Below are positions 1-9,537 of a DNA stretch of 64,000 bases, piece after piece (the stretch's first letter is position 1; each line of letters begins with the position of its first letter). The stretch covers positions 61,156 to 125,155 of the forward strand of contig JBFWRP010000012.1 in the NCBI GenBank assembly GCA_050248855.1, read 5' to 3'. The stretch is from Planctomycetota bacterium (GTDB taxonomy: Bacteria; Planctomycetota; PLA2; JAEUHO01). Both the position numbers and the translations under genes were made by a program. The notes below the pieces were generated by a model that had not been told where the DNA came from, did no database searches, and saw only the letters and a list, made by a program, of their open reading frames with translations.

Positions 1-733
1 TGTGGAGGGCGGCCTCCAGCGCGTCGAGACGGGACGGGGCATCCGTCAGACGCTCCTCGGGCTCCAGGCGCCCGCCGGAGCCCACGAAGGGGGCGTCGTC
101 CTGGTGGGCGACAACCTCGCGGCTCTCGCGCTTGGCCTGCTCGAGGACGGCCTTCGCCTCGCGCTTGCGCTTCTCGTTGAGGACCAGGAGGAGCCCGGTG
201 CTGATGGCCCAGGAGAGGAGCCCCCAGGGCGTGCTGTCCTTCGGTCCCTCGATGTCGAGGCCCTGGCCCTCGGCATCGCGCCAGGCCTCCTCGGCCTTGG
301 CGAGCCGGTTGTTCGCGGCCGTCACCCGCGTGGAGAATTCGTCCGTCCACGCGCGCGCCCGCTCTGCGCGCTCCCGAGCCTGGGTCGCCTCTGCGGCTGC
401 CTCCGTGGCACGGCGGCGGGCGCGATCGAGGTGCTCCTGCGTGGCCTCGCCCGCAGCGACCTGGCGTTCCAGGTCCTCGGCGGTGGCCACGGCGCTGGCG
501 CGGGCGGCCTCGGCCTCCGCGGCCACGCGGGCGGCCTCCTGAGTCCGCTGTTCGGCGGTCGCCACCTCGGCGCGAGCGGCCTCGACTTGGCGGGCGACAT
601 CCGGGTCGGGGGGCGGGACGGCGGGCTTCACGCCCACGCCGAGTTCGACCCCCTGGCAGGCCGCTAGGCCCGCCAGCAGCAGGGCGGCGACGGCGGCGCC
701 GCGGGATGTCAGGGCGTTGGCGAGAGCCTTCAC
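1..733 (-). CDS. Coiled-coil lipoprotein with C-proximal hydrophobic segment (partial, runs off left edge; absent from the ORF track)
   Basis: GTG at 733 overlaps the stop of the upstream gene (GTGA). Hand translation: VKALANALTSRGAAVAALLLAGLAAC (lipobox), long Ala/Glu/Arg helix, then PWGLLSWAISTGLLLVLNEKRKR; no stop before position 1. Confidence 0.75.
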   Translation of the reverse strand, partial: MKALANALTSRGAAVAALLLAGLAACQGVELGVGVKPAVPPPDPDVARQVEAARAEVATAEQRTQEAARVAAEAEAARASAVATAEDLERQVAAGEATQEHLDRARRRATEAAAEATQARERAERARAWTDEFSTRVTAANNRLAKAEEAWRDAEGQGLDIEGPKDSTPWGLLSWAISTGLLLVLNEKRKREAKAVLEQAKRESREVVAHQDDAPFVGSGGRLEPEERLTDAPSRLDALEAALH

Positions 734-1041
734 CGGCCACCGCCAGCGCCGTCGGCGTGGTGGGGGGGCGGCACGGCCGGGCTATGTGCGTCACAGCCGC
801 CGTCCGGGCAGCCGGGCGTGGGCGGGGACACGGGTTCCGCGGCCTTGCCGGTGCGCAGGCCGTAGCGGCCGAGGTTGACCTGTCCGGCACCGCCCACTCC
901 GTCCTGGGGACCGGCGAACACGCGGGCGCCGCCGCCGACGCCGGGCTGCAGGTCGAGCGCGCTCGACGGGCCGGGGCCGGACTGGCAGGAGCAGAGGAAG
1001 AGGAGCGCGCAGAGCGCGAGAACGATGACCAGCGGGCGCAT
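730..1041 (-). CDS. Small putative lipoprotein
   Basis: MRPLVIVLALCALLFLCSC signal/lipobox-like start; GGAGG upstream; translationally coupled to the next gene. Confidence 0.6.
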   Translation of the reverse strand: MRPLVIVLALCALLFLCSCQSGPGPSSALDLQPGVGGGARVFAGPQDGVGGAGQVNLGRYGLRTGKAAEPVSPPTPGCPDGGCDAHSPAVPPPHHADGAGGGR

Positions 1042-1214
1042 GAGAGCCTCCGTGTGGAGGGGCCGGCCCGCTGGAGGGGGACTGCCCTCAAGACTGTGTG
1101 CCCAGCATAACTGCACGCAGCCCCAGAGCGTCCCCCTCAAGGTGTAGGGTCGCGGCCCCGTGCAGCAGTGAGGGCTGCCGCCGGCGGCCAGCATCGTGAG
1201 AGCGACTCCAACCC

Positions 1215-1598
1215 ATGAGCGAAGCCGATTCCGCGCCTGACGGCGAAGCCGACGAAGATCGCGACGAGGAAGTTCCGGTCGGCTTCTGGGAGGCCCTCCG
1301 GGATGTATTGACGGACTCGCGTGGATCGAAGTCCCTCGGGGACTTGGCGGACAGGATCGCGACGCCAATCATCAAGGGCAAGACGATCGAAGCGCGCACC
1401 CTGCGCCGACGGCTGCACCTCGCCGATCGGTACTACCAGCGAGGGCAGTGCCTTCGCTATGGCCTCTCACTCTTCGTGCTCGCCGCGGTCGTTTGGCTGT
1501 CCCTCGCAGGTCAGATCCCCAGGGATGCGCTCACTCCGCTGCTTGCCGGCATCGTTGGGTCTCTCTTCGTAACACCGAGGAAGCCGGACGGAGGCTAG
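1215..1598 (+). CDS. Hypothetical two-TM membrane protein (moron-like)
   Basis: 127 aa; acidic N-terminus and two C-terminal hydrophobic helices; opposite strand to the phage late genes. Confidence 0.65.
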   Translation: MSEADSAPDGEADEDRDEEVPVGFWEALRDVLTDSRGSKSLGDLADRIATPIIKGKTIEARTLRRRLHLADRYYQRGQCLRYGLSLFVLAAVVWLSLAGQIPRDALTPLLAGIVGSLFVTPRKPDGG

Positions 1599-1604
1599 CG
1601 GCGA

Positions 1605-2201
1605 TCAGTCCCGCAGGACCTCCTCGATCGCGAACTCATAACGTCCGAAGCGCTTCGTCACGCCCTGCAGCGCGGGCGGCTCGGCTAGCCGCACGAGGCG
1701 CAGGCCCCGGTAGGTCGCGGCGACCATGGCGGCCGGGGCAGGGGGCACGGCGAAGGTGACCGTACGCGCGTCCGTGTCCACGCTTGCGATCGCGGCCGCG
1801 ACGCCATTCACGAACCCGACGACCGAGCCCTGCTTCAGGTACCAGCGGAAGTCCGGGCTCGCCTCGTAGGTGGGCAGGCTGAAGGTCACGCGGACCCCGT
1901 CACCCACGGCGGGGTCCAACGCCACGAGTTCCCGTATGGGATCGCGCGGGTCCTCGATGAGGAAGGCGTCGCGGGTGATCCCGTGCGCCTGCATGAACGC
2001 CTCCCACGCCACACGCTGCGGCTCCGTGAGGCCCGCCGGCCAGCGGTAGCGTCGCCGCGTGCAGGCGAACAACTCGACGCGAGCGGCCTGGCCGGGAGCG
2101 TGGTCCTCGAGCACCTCGACGAAGGGCTCGTCGGTGAACTCGTAGTCGGCCCACGGCTCGCGGCCGTCGGTCGCCCCGTCGTTGAACACGGCGTACGCCA
2201 C
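1605..2201 (-). CDS. Phage tail protein, DUF2460/distal-tail-like
   Basis: F...HG..DAFLIEDPRD, GDG..VTFSL and VTFAVPPA motifs resemble DUF2460; GTG start just after the upstream stop. Confidence 0.6.
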   Translation of the reverse strand: MAYAVFNDGATDGREPWADYEFTDEPFVEVLEDHAPGQAARVELFACTRRRYRWPAGLTEPQRVAWEAFMQAHGITRDAFLIEDPRDPIRELVALDPAVGDGVRVTFSLPTYEASPDFRWYLKQGSVVGFVNGVAAAIASVDTDARTVTFAVPPAPAAMVAATYRGLRLVRLAEPPALQGVTKRFGRYEFAIEEVLRD

Positions 2202-2205
2202 GGGC

Positions 2206-2691
2206 TCACGCCGCCACGAGCGTGATCGTGCAGGAGGCCTTGAGTGCGTCGCCGGCGGTCTTGTTGATCGCCGGGAAGGTCTTCCGATTGAACATGTTCC
2301 CGGCGGCGGGGTCATCGAACAGCCCCACCTCCGTGATCGCCCCCGTGCCCACGCCCGCGGGGAAGGTGTGGTCGACTGCGCAGACACCCGTGCCGCCTGC
2401 CGTGTACGCCACGGCGTCGCGCGCGGCCTCGGTGCCGAGGGCAATGTCCACGGGCGTCTCCGGCACGGCACCCGTACCGATGGCCACGTAGCCGAACAGA
2501 GGCGCCGTCGTGGCGGGGTTGAACAGGCGGTCCTTCGCCTGGTCGAGCCCGGTGTTTACGATCAGGTTCTTGAACCGCCGCCGGTCCTTCACGGCGCCGT
2601 TGGGGCCGAGGAGCACGAGTTCCCATACGGCCTGAAGGGCAAGAGGACGCTCGGAGCGGCGGGGCGTAGTCCAGCGGGAGGGAGAGGGCAT
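2206..2691 (-). CDS. Phage tail/tail-fibre-associated protein
   Basis: KNLIVNTG, YVAIGTG, GAITEVGLF and FPAINKT motifs typical of phage tail proteins; GAGGAGG RBS. Confidence 0.7.
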   Translation of the reverse strand: MPSPSRWTTPRRSERPLALQAVWELVLLGPNGAVKDRRRFKNLIVNTGLDQAKDRLFNPATTAPLFGYVAIGTGAVPETPVDIALGTEAARDAVAYTAGGTGVCAVDHTFPAGVGTGAITEVGLFDDPAAGNMFNRKTFPAINKTAGDALKASCTITLVAA

Positions 2692-2764
2692 CGAAGCCTC
2701 CTCTCGCTCGGCCGGCTGGAGACGCGGACGCGCGATGACAGGGTGAGTGTACGAGACGGATCGG

Positions 2765-4792
2765 TCAGGGGTTGAGCACGAGCGCCCAGGCCTCCTCGAT
2801 GCCCATGGCTTCGTCCACTTGCTTCGTGACGTCGAGGGCCCACACCTCGCCGAGGCCGAGCGCGTCGAACTCCACGACACCGGGGTTCAGTTCGAGATCC
2901 CACGACTCGCCCAGCGCGATCGCGTCGTCCAGGCCCTTCGTCGTCTCGAACGCCCAGTCATCGATCGCGGCCAGGCGCTCCAGAGGCTGCGCGTGGCTGG
3001 TACGCCAAGCCTCGGAGGCTTCGAGCGTCTCCTTCGTGAGCAGCGCATAGCCGCCCTCCACCACGGCCACCTCGACGCCGATGCCCATGAGGTTCAGGCC
3101 CGTCGTGGGCGGCGCCGTGCCCGCGCCCGGCGCGTAGGCGACGCTGATAGCGAGGTCCGTGGGCTTCCGCTGCCCGGGCGCCACGGAGCCGGCCGGGTAC
3201 AGGAACAGCGACATCCCCTGCCCCGTGCCATCGGCCTCCACGAACCCGAGCGCACCGGGCGTAGGCAGGCCCCAGGGGGAAGCCTTCCAGGCGACGTCGA
3301 TCGCCACGGCGTACGTGGTGCCGGGCGGCACGGGCGGGCCCATGCTCGGCTCCTCGGCGAACGAGGCCCACGCGCCGACCTGGCCACGGGCGTGGGGCGG
3401 GATCGGGAGGATGCCGCCCGCGCCGGAGATCATCCCGAGTCCGCTCGCGTTGAGCAGCACGCCCTCGTTCCCGAAGCCGAAGGGATTCATGGTCGGGGTG
3501 GGGCCGACGTGCCCGGGGTGGCGCGTGTCCGGCGTCATGGCCACGGGATCGATCTGCTTGTGGACCACCGAGGCGCTGGCCAGGAACTCGGTGGTCCCGC
3601 CGGGGCCGGAGGTGTCCCAGGCGTAGGTGCCGCCGTTGGTGCCCGTCCCCGGCGCCACCGCCACGACGGCCATCAGCAGCATCTCGGGCGCCTTCACGCG
3701 CCAGAGCATCCCGGCGTCGGCGCCGAGGTCGTTCATGGGACCCCGGAACACGAGGCCGCCGGGATCGCCGAAGGAGCCGGGGACGGGACGCAGCCACGGG
3801 TTGGCGACGCCCGCGACGCGGAAGTGCGAGGCCATGTCGGCGGGCGCGCCGTCGGCGTAGCCCGCGCCCACGTCGCCCGGCGCGAGGATCGCCTGCGTCA
3901 TCTGATCCTGTACGCGACCGAGCGCGCGGCCGAGCTCGCGGGCCATCTCCAGCAACTGGTGCTGCGTGGAGCCGTGGCCCAGCATCGACAGCGGCGCGCG
4001 CTGGTTCGGGAGGCTCCGCGCGCTCTCGAACGCGGTCCACGGGCCCGTCGGCGTGCCATCGGTACCCAAGGCCGAGTACTCGACGCCCGGCGGGCCGTCG
4101 TAGCCCATGGCGCCGTCCTCGCGCTTTCGGAACGCGAAGCCCCCGCGGCGGAAGATCTCTCGCGGCGGGCGGCCGTCGAGCGCCGCGTCCGTCGCGATCT
4201 GCCCGCCGTAGCGCCCGCGGTCGCCGTTGTTCGCCGGCGCCGGACCCTGGAACGGGATGTCGGGGTTCGCGTGGGAGCGCAGCACCGGCCCGTCGATCGC
4301 CTGCCGCGCCGCGAGCCCATCGCGCCCGGGCACGGCGATGTTGGCGCCCGGGTTGTCCGCGTGCGGCCCGATCGTCAGTTCCTCGTCGAGCCAGGTGCGA
4401 AGCGCCTGGTGCGTGATGTTACGGATCTTGTCGGCGTCGTCCTGCTCGACGGACACCACGCGCCGGACCTGGTCGTTGATGATCGTGACGTCGCAGGCAT
4501 CGACGGGCCCTTGCTGCATGCCGCCGATCCGGTCCTCGGGCTTGGTGAGCAGGCAGTTCCGGAAGTCCTCGACGTCCTTGATCATGCGCGCGGCCTTCTT
4601 GAGCACGCGCGCCTCGTGGAAGGCCTTCGAGATGTCGATCCCCTCGAAGGCCATCCAGCCGCTGGCCGTCCCCGCCTCGAGCACGGTCCGGTTGCCGTCG
4701 ATCTCCCACGTGACCTTGAACACCTGGAGGTCCGGCGAGGCCTCGAACTGCGTGGCGCGAAGGGCCGAGGAGAGCGTGATCCGCTTGCTCAT
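2765..4792 (-). CDS. Large hypothetical phage structural/tail-like protein (~675 aa)
   Basis: Gly/Pro-rich beta-type middle, C-terminal D-x-(L/I)-G-x-x-E-x-W repeats; first gene of the tail-like cluster; start MSKRITL chosen. Confidence 0.55.
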   Translation of the reverse strand: MSKRITLSSALRATQFEASPDLQVFKVTWEIDGNRTVLEAGTASGWMAFEGIDISKAFHEARVLKKAARMIKDVEDFRNCLLTKPEDRIGGMQQGPVDACDVTIINDQVRRVVSVEQDDADKIRNITHQALRTWLDEELTIGPHADNPGANIAVPGRDGLAARQAIDGPVLRSHANPDIPFQGPAPANNGDRGRYGGQIATDAALDGRPPREIFRRGGFAFRKREDGAMGYDGPPGVEYSALGTDGTPTGPWTAFESARSLPNQRAPLSMLGHGSTQHQLLEMARELGRALGRVQDQMTQAILAPGDVGAGYADGAPADMASHFRVAGVANPWLRPVPGSFGDPGGLVFRGPMNDLGADAGMLWRVKAPEMLLMAVVAVAPGTGTNGGTYAWDTSGPGGTTEFLASASVVHKQIDPVAMTPDTRHPGHVGPTPTMNPFGFGNEGVLLNASGLGMISGAGGILPIPPHARGQVGAWASFAEEPSMGPPVPPGTTYAVAIDVAWKASPWGLPTPGALGFVEADGTGQGMSLFLYPAGSVAPGQRKPTDLAISVAYAPGAGTAPPTTGLNLMGIGVEVAVVEGGYALLTKETLEASEAWRTSHAQPLERLAAIDDWAFETTKGLDDAIALGESWDLELNPGVVEFDALGLGEVWALDVTKQVDEAMGIEEAWALVLNP

Positions 4793-5376
4793 CCCGGCCC
4801 AGCGCGAAGTCGAGGCGCCCTCCTTTGCGCCGGGGGGTGCGGCCCTCCTCCACCGCGCCTCATGGACCGGGCCAGCACATCGGGCCGGGGCTGGGACCGA
4901 CGTCGCCGCGATCAGGGGGATCCCGGGCACGGGCCGGGCTGCGTGGGCACACGGCGAGTACATCCACTCGGACGACGAGCGTTTGCGGAAGGCAGCGCGG
5001 CGGCCGAACAAGCATGTTAGGCTGACGCTAGGCTGGGTGCTCCGGCGGGCCAGCGGAGAGCCCCTTGATCTCTGCCGCGGGATGCGGCTACCGTTTCCGG
5101 TTGGAGGGCGATGCGCCCGATGCCGATGACAGAAGGACACACTGCGAGCGCAGTTCCTGAGTTCCGGGTTTGCACCGGCGCTCGCTACCCTCTTGACCCT
5201 CGTGCTGCTGGTTGGACGCTCTCGATCTCAGAAGAGATGCCGCTTCCCGGCGCCGTCGCGATGCAGGCTCGCGATGCTCGTGCGCAGACTGCGACGCTTG
5301 CCCCTGATGAATCTTCATGGGCGGAGCGGCGGCCCCACTCGCACGGCGCGTTCGTCACCGGCGCCGACTCCCGCGG

Positions 5377-5583
5377 TCACTTGACGGGGCGCTTGAACAC
5401 AGCACCGCCTCGCTGGTCGAGCGCGGACAGTTCCCAGCCCTCCTTGCCCAGAGTGTTGAACTCCACCTCGATGCTCCCGGCGTTCGGCACATACCGGTAC
5501 TCCCACCGGGGCGCGTCGTCGGGCCCTGCGCAGGCAACGAGAGGCAGCGTGAGGACAGACAGCAGAAGCAGCGTGACTCGCAT
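5377..5583 (-). CDS. Small lipoprotein, DUF4177-like
   Basis: Lipobox LVAC; WEYRYV...NTLGKEGWEL...FKRP signature. Confidence 0.75.
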   Translation of the reverse strand: MRVTLLLLSVLTLPLVACAGPDDAPRWEYRYVPNAGSIEVEFNTLGKEGWELSALDQRGGAVFKRPVK

Positions 5584-5806
5584 AACTCCTCCGGCTTTCT
5601 GGATTCAGGGCGGTCGCCTCGACGCGTGCGTGTCGCCTCGTGCGGGCCCGGTCGATGTCGCGTCGATGGTACGCCGGACTCGGCACCGCCAAGTCCGCCA
5701 TATCACCACCCAGACTCCGTGGGCCTGTGCATTCTTCCCTGGCGCTCTCGCGCCAGCGTCCCCGCGCCAGGCCCCCGAGCGAAGACACGACCCCGGAGCG
5801 TGATCC

Positions 5807-8434
5807 ATGCCGCGTGCGCGGACGTCCACTACCGTCGCCCTCCTCGGGTGCCTGCTGGTGGGCTCGCTCGTCGTCGGATGGTGGTGGTACGTCACGCCGT
5901 CGGGGGAGGACGTGCCCCTTGTGACGGAACGGCACGATGACCAACAGCGCGCGCGGGATCCCGTTCTGGTCGGTTCGTCCCGAGTCGAACGCGACAAACC
6001 AACGGGGTTGCCCAACAGGGGCGTCGAGTCCTGGCCGGCTGAGGGGATGCCTGTCCACGTTGTGGACGACAAGAGCGACGTCCCCGTCGCCCACGCGGCG
6101 GTGCATGTGTGGACCTACGCGGATCAGCTCGCGGCATCCGACGAGGTGTCGACGCTCGATCTGTCCACCCGAATACGACGGCACGGTCACATCTACGTCG
6201 CCAACGCCAACGGGGAGCTAGTGATCCCGGAGCCGGTTGTCGCGTCCTGGATATGGGCGAAGAGTGGTGAGGCTGAGGCCGTCCTGCACGTCCCCGCACA
6301 GAGCGCGCGCCCAGCGGTCCTCCGACTACGGGTCCTCCGCGGTGGGGTCATCCGTGTCCGGGACTCAACCGGCGCCGGGGTGGCAGGTGTCCCTGTGCTC
6401 CTCGGCCTGCCATCGGCGGCGGGCCTAATGGTGGTCTGGGAGGGCGAGACAAGTGCGCCAGCCGGAGCTGCCGTGGTTCGGGATCTGGAATCTGCGATCC
6501 GCGCACACACGGGACGGGGCATCAAAGACACGGTGGGGCCGCTTCTGGTGGGAACGAGGATCCCCTTCGAGCCGCCCGTACTCGTGACCCTCTCCTCCGT
6601 CGAGATTCCCGCGGAAGGCGTCGATCTCCTGCTGCCCGCACACCGAGGCCTCGTGATCCGGATCCTGCGGCCCGACGGTTCCCTCTACGCGGCCCCAGCG
6701 CTTGTGACGGTCCAGTCGAGCATGATCGGATCGGACTCGGGGAACGGTCCGCCGCGCCGCCACCAACAGATCGAGATGTCCACGGAGACCGGCGAGGTTC
6801 TCCTGCCGAGGGTCGGCGTCGCGGTGCCCCTCTCGGTCGGCGTCAAGGACGCCTCCGGGTGCTTCCAGCCGGTGACCCTCACCATGACAATCCCCGAGGA
6901 GGGGGCGCTTCCCTTCGCTGTCGATCTCCCTCTGGGGGAGTTGCGCCCCTGCCTGCTCGTCCGGCTCGTGCGCGAGGACGGCGCGGCAATCGCAAACGGC
7001 CAAGTTGCGGTGTTTGCACAGCGAGGAGACCTGATCGAACACCTGCCCGTCAATGGGCTCCTTGCGACGGACTCGGCCGGGCTCATGCGGATCGCCCTGA
7101 GGCAGTCGCTGCCGCCCCACGTTGGGGGCGCTCTCCACCTGTCTGCCAAGACGCTCGATGGCGACCGGTCCGTGACCGGACTCGCAACGTTGCCGATCCA
7201 CGGCCCTCTGGGACCCGCGCCGACCGACCTTGGAACTGTCACGCTGCGTCCGATGCCGCACGCCCTGGAGGGCACGATCGCGGACGACGAGGGAGCCCCG
7301 GTCCCGAACGCGAAGGTCCGCTTAGTCACTCCCGTGGAGGGCTTCAGCGGAATCGCCTTCGAGACTTGGACCTCGGCCGACGGCTCCTTTGTGCTGCTCG
7401 CTCCCGAAGGGACCGCGAGAATCGATGTCGCAGTCGAGCACCCAGACTTCCAACGGACGCAGGAAAACCATGCGTTCGGCTCCACGGGCGTGTCGTTTGT
7501 CCTCTTCCGGACTCCGGTCCTCCGGGGCTCGGTGCTAGTCGATCCAGACATCGACTGGAGGAGGCTCAAGTTCCACCTCGCTTCTGGAGGCGACGGGGCG
7601 ATGCGGCCGCTCCCCGTGACGTGGGAATCTCCCCGCCACTTCCTGTTACGCTTGGACACGACGGACCCGATCGACTTGGCGGTCGCGATGCAGGGGTCCT
7701 CCCACGCGCTGACGACGATCCGCGGTTTGTACCCGGGCGGGAAAGGTGAAGGCGAGGACGAAGGCGCGCGCATCGACCTCAGAGGCGTCATCCGGCGGAA
7801 CATCGTGCGGATCGTAGACGACCACGAGGTGCCCATCGAGGGGGCGAGGGTCTCATTCCGCGAGGAGGGTGAGGACGCAGTGCGAGGGACGTCCACAACC
7901 GATGGGACCGGCACGGTGGTCTACTACTGTCGCGCGACCGACCAGATCGTCGTGGAGGCATCCGCCGCCGGCTACGCCCCCGTGACCCAGCGGCTCTCGC
8001 CTATGGCCACGGACACGGAGACCATCAGGTTCGTCTCGCGCCTCTACGACCTCACCTTTACGTCTCCCCTCGCGTTCTCCCACGACCTGACCGAGGTCAT
8101 GCTCCTCCCGACGGTTCAGTCCGCCTCGTCGGGCAAGGTGCAGAGCCCGCACGAGAGGCAGAGCGGGGCTCTTCTGTTCTCGCGATTCCGAGCAATCCCG
8201 GGCCGGACCTGGTCGATCTCGTTCCAGGTTGCGTCGCCCGGCGAGTACCAGATCACGTTCGACCTTGCCCAATACGTCCTACCGGAATCCGGAGCCCTGC
8301 GCGAGCTGCGTCGGGTACGCCTCGGCGGCGTCGCCCCGAGCCGGATCACGGTGGACGACCGAATCGGAGTCCAGGTCTTCCCGTTCGAGATCCCTGTGGG
8401 AGAGATCGAACGTGCGAGCGCCCGGATTCGGTAG
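5807..8434 (+). CDS. Membrane-anchored protein with carboxypeptidase-regulatory-like beta-sandwich repeats
   Basis: N-terminal TM; repeated V-x-D-x-x-G-x-P-(V/I)-x-x-A-x-V and T-x-x-D-G-x-F motifs. Confidence 0.8.
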   Translation: MPRARTSTTVALLGCLLVGSLVVGWWWYVTPSGEDVPLVTERHDDQQRARDPVLVGSSRVERDKPTGLPNRGVESWPAEGMPVHVVDDKSDVPVAHAAVHVWTYADQLAASDEVSTLDLSTRIRRHGHIYVANANGELVIPEPVVASWIWAKSGEAEAVLHVPAQSARPAVLRLRVLRGGVIRVRDSTGAGVAGVPVLLGLPSAAGLMVVWEGETSAPAGAAVVRDLESAIRAHTGRGIKDTVGPLLVGTRIPFEPPVLVTLSSVEIPAEGVDLLLPAHRGLVIRILRPDGSLYAAPALVTVQSSMIGSDSGNGPPRRHQQIEMSTETGEVLLPRVGVAVPLSVGVKDASGCFQPVTLTMTIPEEGALPFAVDLPLGELRPCLLVRLVREDGAAIANGQVAVFAQRGDLIEHLPVNGLLATDSAGLMRIALRQSLPPHVGGALHLSAKTLDGDRSVTGLATLPIHGPLGPAPTDLGTVTLRPMPHALEGTIADDEGAPVPNAKVRLVTPVEGFSGIAFETWTSADGSFVLLAPEGTARIDVAVEHPDFQRTQENHAFGSTGVSFVLFRTPVLRGSVLVDPDIDWRRLKFHLASGGDGAMRPLPVTWESPRHFLLRLDTTDPIDLAVAMQGSSHALTTIRGLYPGGKGEGEDEGARIDLRGVIRRNIVRIVDDHEVPIEGARVSFREEGEDAVRGTSTTDGTGTVVYYCRATDQIVVEASAAGYAPVTQRLSPMATDTETIRFVSRLYDLTFTSPLAFSHDLTEVMLLPTVQSASSGKVQSPHERQSGALLFSRFRAIPGRTWSISFQVASPGEYQITFDLAQYVLPESGALRELRRVRLGGVAPSRITVDDRIGVQVFPFEIPVGEIERASARIR

Positions 8435-8445
8435 GAGAAGCCCCC

Positions 8446-9483
8446 ATGAAACTGCAGTTGATAGCTCTCGCTGTGATCGCCCTGGCGGCGCCGTTGGTGA
8501 CGGCAGCGGCGGTCGAGTCCCGATCGGGCGCCGTGCAGCCCGAGAACCCCCTGTTCGCACGGTCCCTCCACATCGCGAAGTGCCAGGTGGAAAACGTCTC
8601 GTGCCCTGTCATCGTGCCCGTGGGTGTTGCGCGGGGCGTAGGACGGCCGCAGGTCGTCTTCCTCGGGGACCCGCTGCCGACGACGACCCAGGTCACGTGC
8701 GAGCAGTACCTCACTTGCGGCGCCACATGCGTCGGAGGGAAGGCGACGATCTGCGGATCGACCTGCACCCACTACCCGACGTGCCACGGCACGGAGACGG
8801 AGTGCTCCAACACCTGCGGTCAGTACCCCACCTGCAACGGGGCTGAGACCATGTGCGTCAGCACCTGCGGTCAGTACCCTACCTGCAACGGGCAGGCGAC
8901 GAACTGCGGATCGACCTGCCCGAACTTCCCCACGTGTAGCGGGGAGTCGACATGCACGAGCACCTGTTCGGGCTACCCGACTTGCAGCGGCGAGAACCCG
9001 ACCGCTTGCGGGCAGGCCACGTGCAGCCAGTATCCGACCTGTGGTGGCGGGACGCCGGGATGCACGCCCACCGCTGGCAATTACCCGACCTGCAACGGGA
9101 CGACCGCGACATCCTGCACGAACACGTGCAACGCCCAGGCCCAGAGTTACCCGACGTGCGATCCCTCGTGCCTCCTGTACCCGACATGCTCGGGCAGCAC
9201 GTCGTGTACCTCGACGAGCGTATGCACGAATCCTCAGCGTTCGTGGCCTACGTGCGACCCTATGATCGTGACTTGCCAGTCGGGCGGAAGCTGCCCGCCG
9301 ACGAAGGGCAACTGGCCGACGTGCTCGGGCAGCCTCACGCGATGCGCGGAGACCTGCACGGGGGAGGGCTGCCCTCCGCACATGTTCGCCATGCTCCCGC
9401 TGCCGCCGGGCGGCGCGCTGGCGGCACTTGGAGTCCTCCTCGCAGGAGCGATCTTCAGGAGGCGCAAGCCGCTGCCCGGATAG
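8446..9483 (+). CDS. Secreted Cys/Thr-rich [YFW]PTC-repeat protein with C-terminal sorting-signal-like tail
   Basis: AGGAG RBS; signal peptide; ~39 Cys and 11 [YFW]PTC motifs; ends LPLPPGGALAALGVLLAGAIFRRRK. Confidence 0.85.
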   Translation: MKLQLIALAVIALAAPLVTAAAVESRSGAVQPENPLFARSLHIAKCQVENVSCPVIVPVGVARGVGRPQVVFLGDPLPTTTQVTCEQYLTCGATCVGGKATICGSTCTHYPTCHGTETECSNTCGQYPTCNGAETMCVSTCGQYPTCNGQATNCGSTCPNFPTCSGESTCTSTCSGYPTCSGENPTACGQATCSQYPTCGGGTPGCTPTAGNYPTCNGTTATSCTNTCNAQAQSYPTCDPSCLLYPTCSGSTSCTSTSVCTNPQRSWPTCDPMIVTCQSGGSCPPTKGNWPTCSGSLTRCAETCTGEGCPPHMFAMLPLPPGGALAALGVLLAGAIFRRRKPLPG

Positions 9484-9537
9484 GCACCCCCGGCTCTCTG
9501 CACAGACCGCGGGACGTGGCGGCGACGGGAGGACGCC

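Noticed and set aside
5003..5022. GCCGAAC-AAGCAT-GTTAGGC resembling integron attC core sites
   Set aside because: Too short for an attC, with no L boxes, integron integrase or cassette array
8446..9483. Cys-rich protein as a radical-SAM/YcaO RiPP precursor or multiheme cytochrome
   Set aside because: No maturase nearby and no CxxCH; the Sec signal and TM tail point to a surface protein
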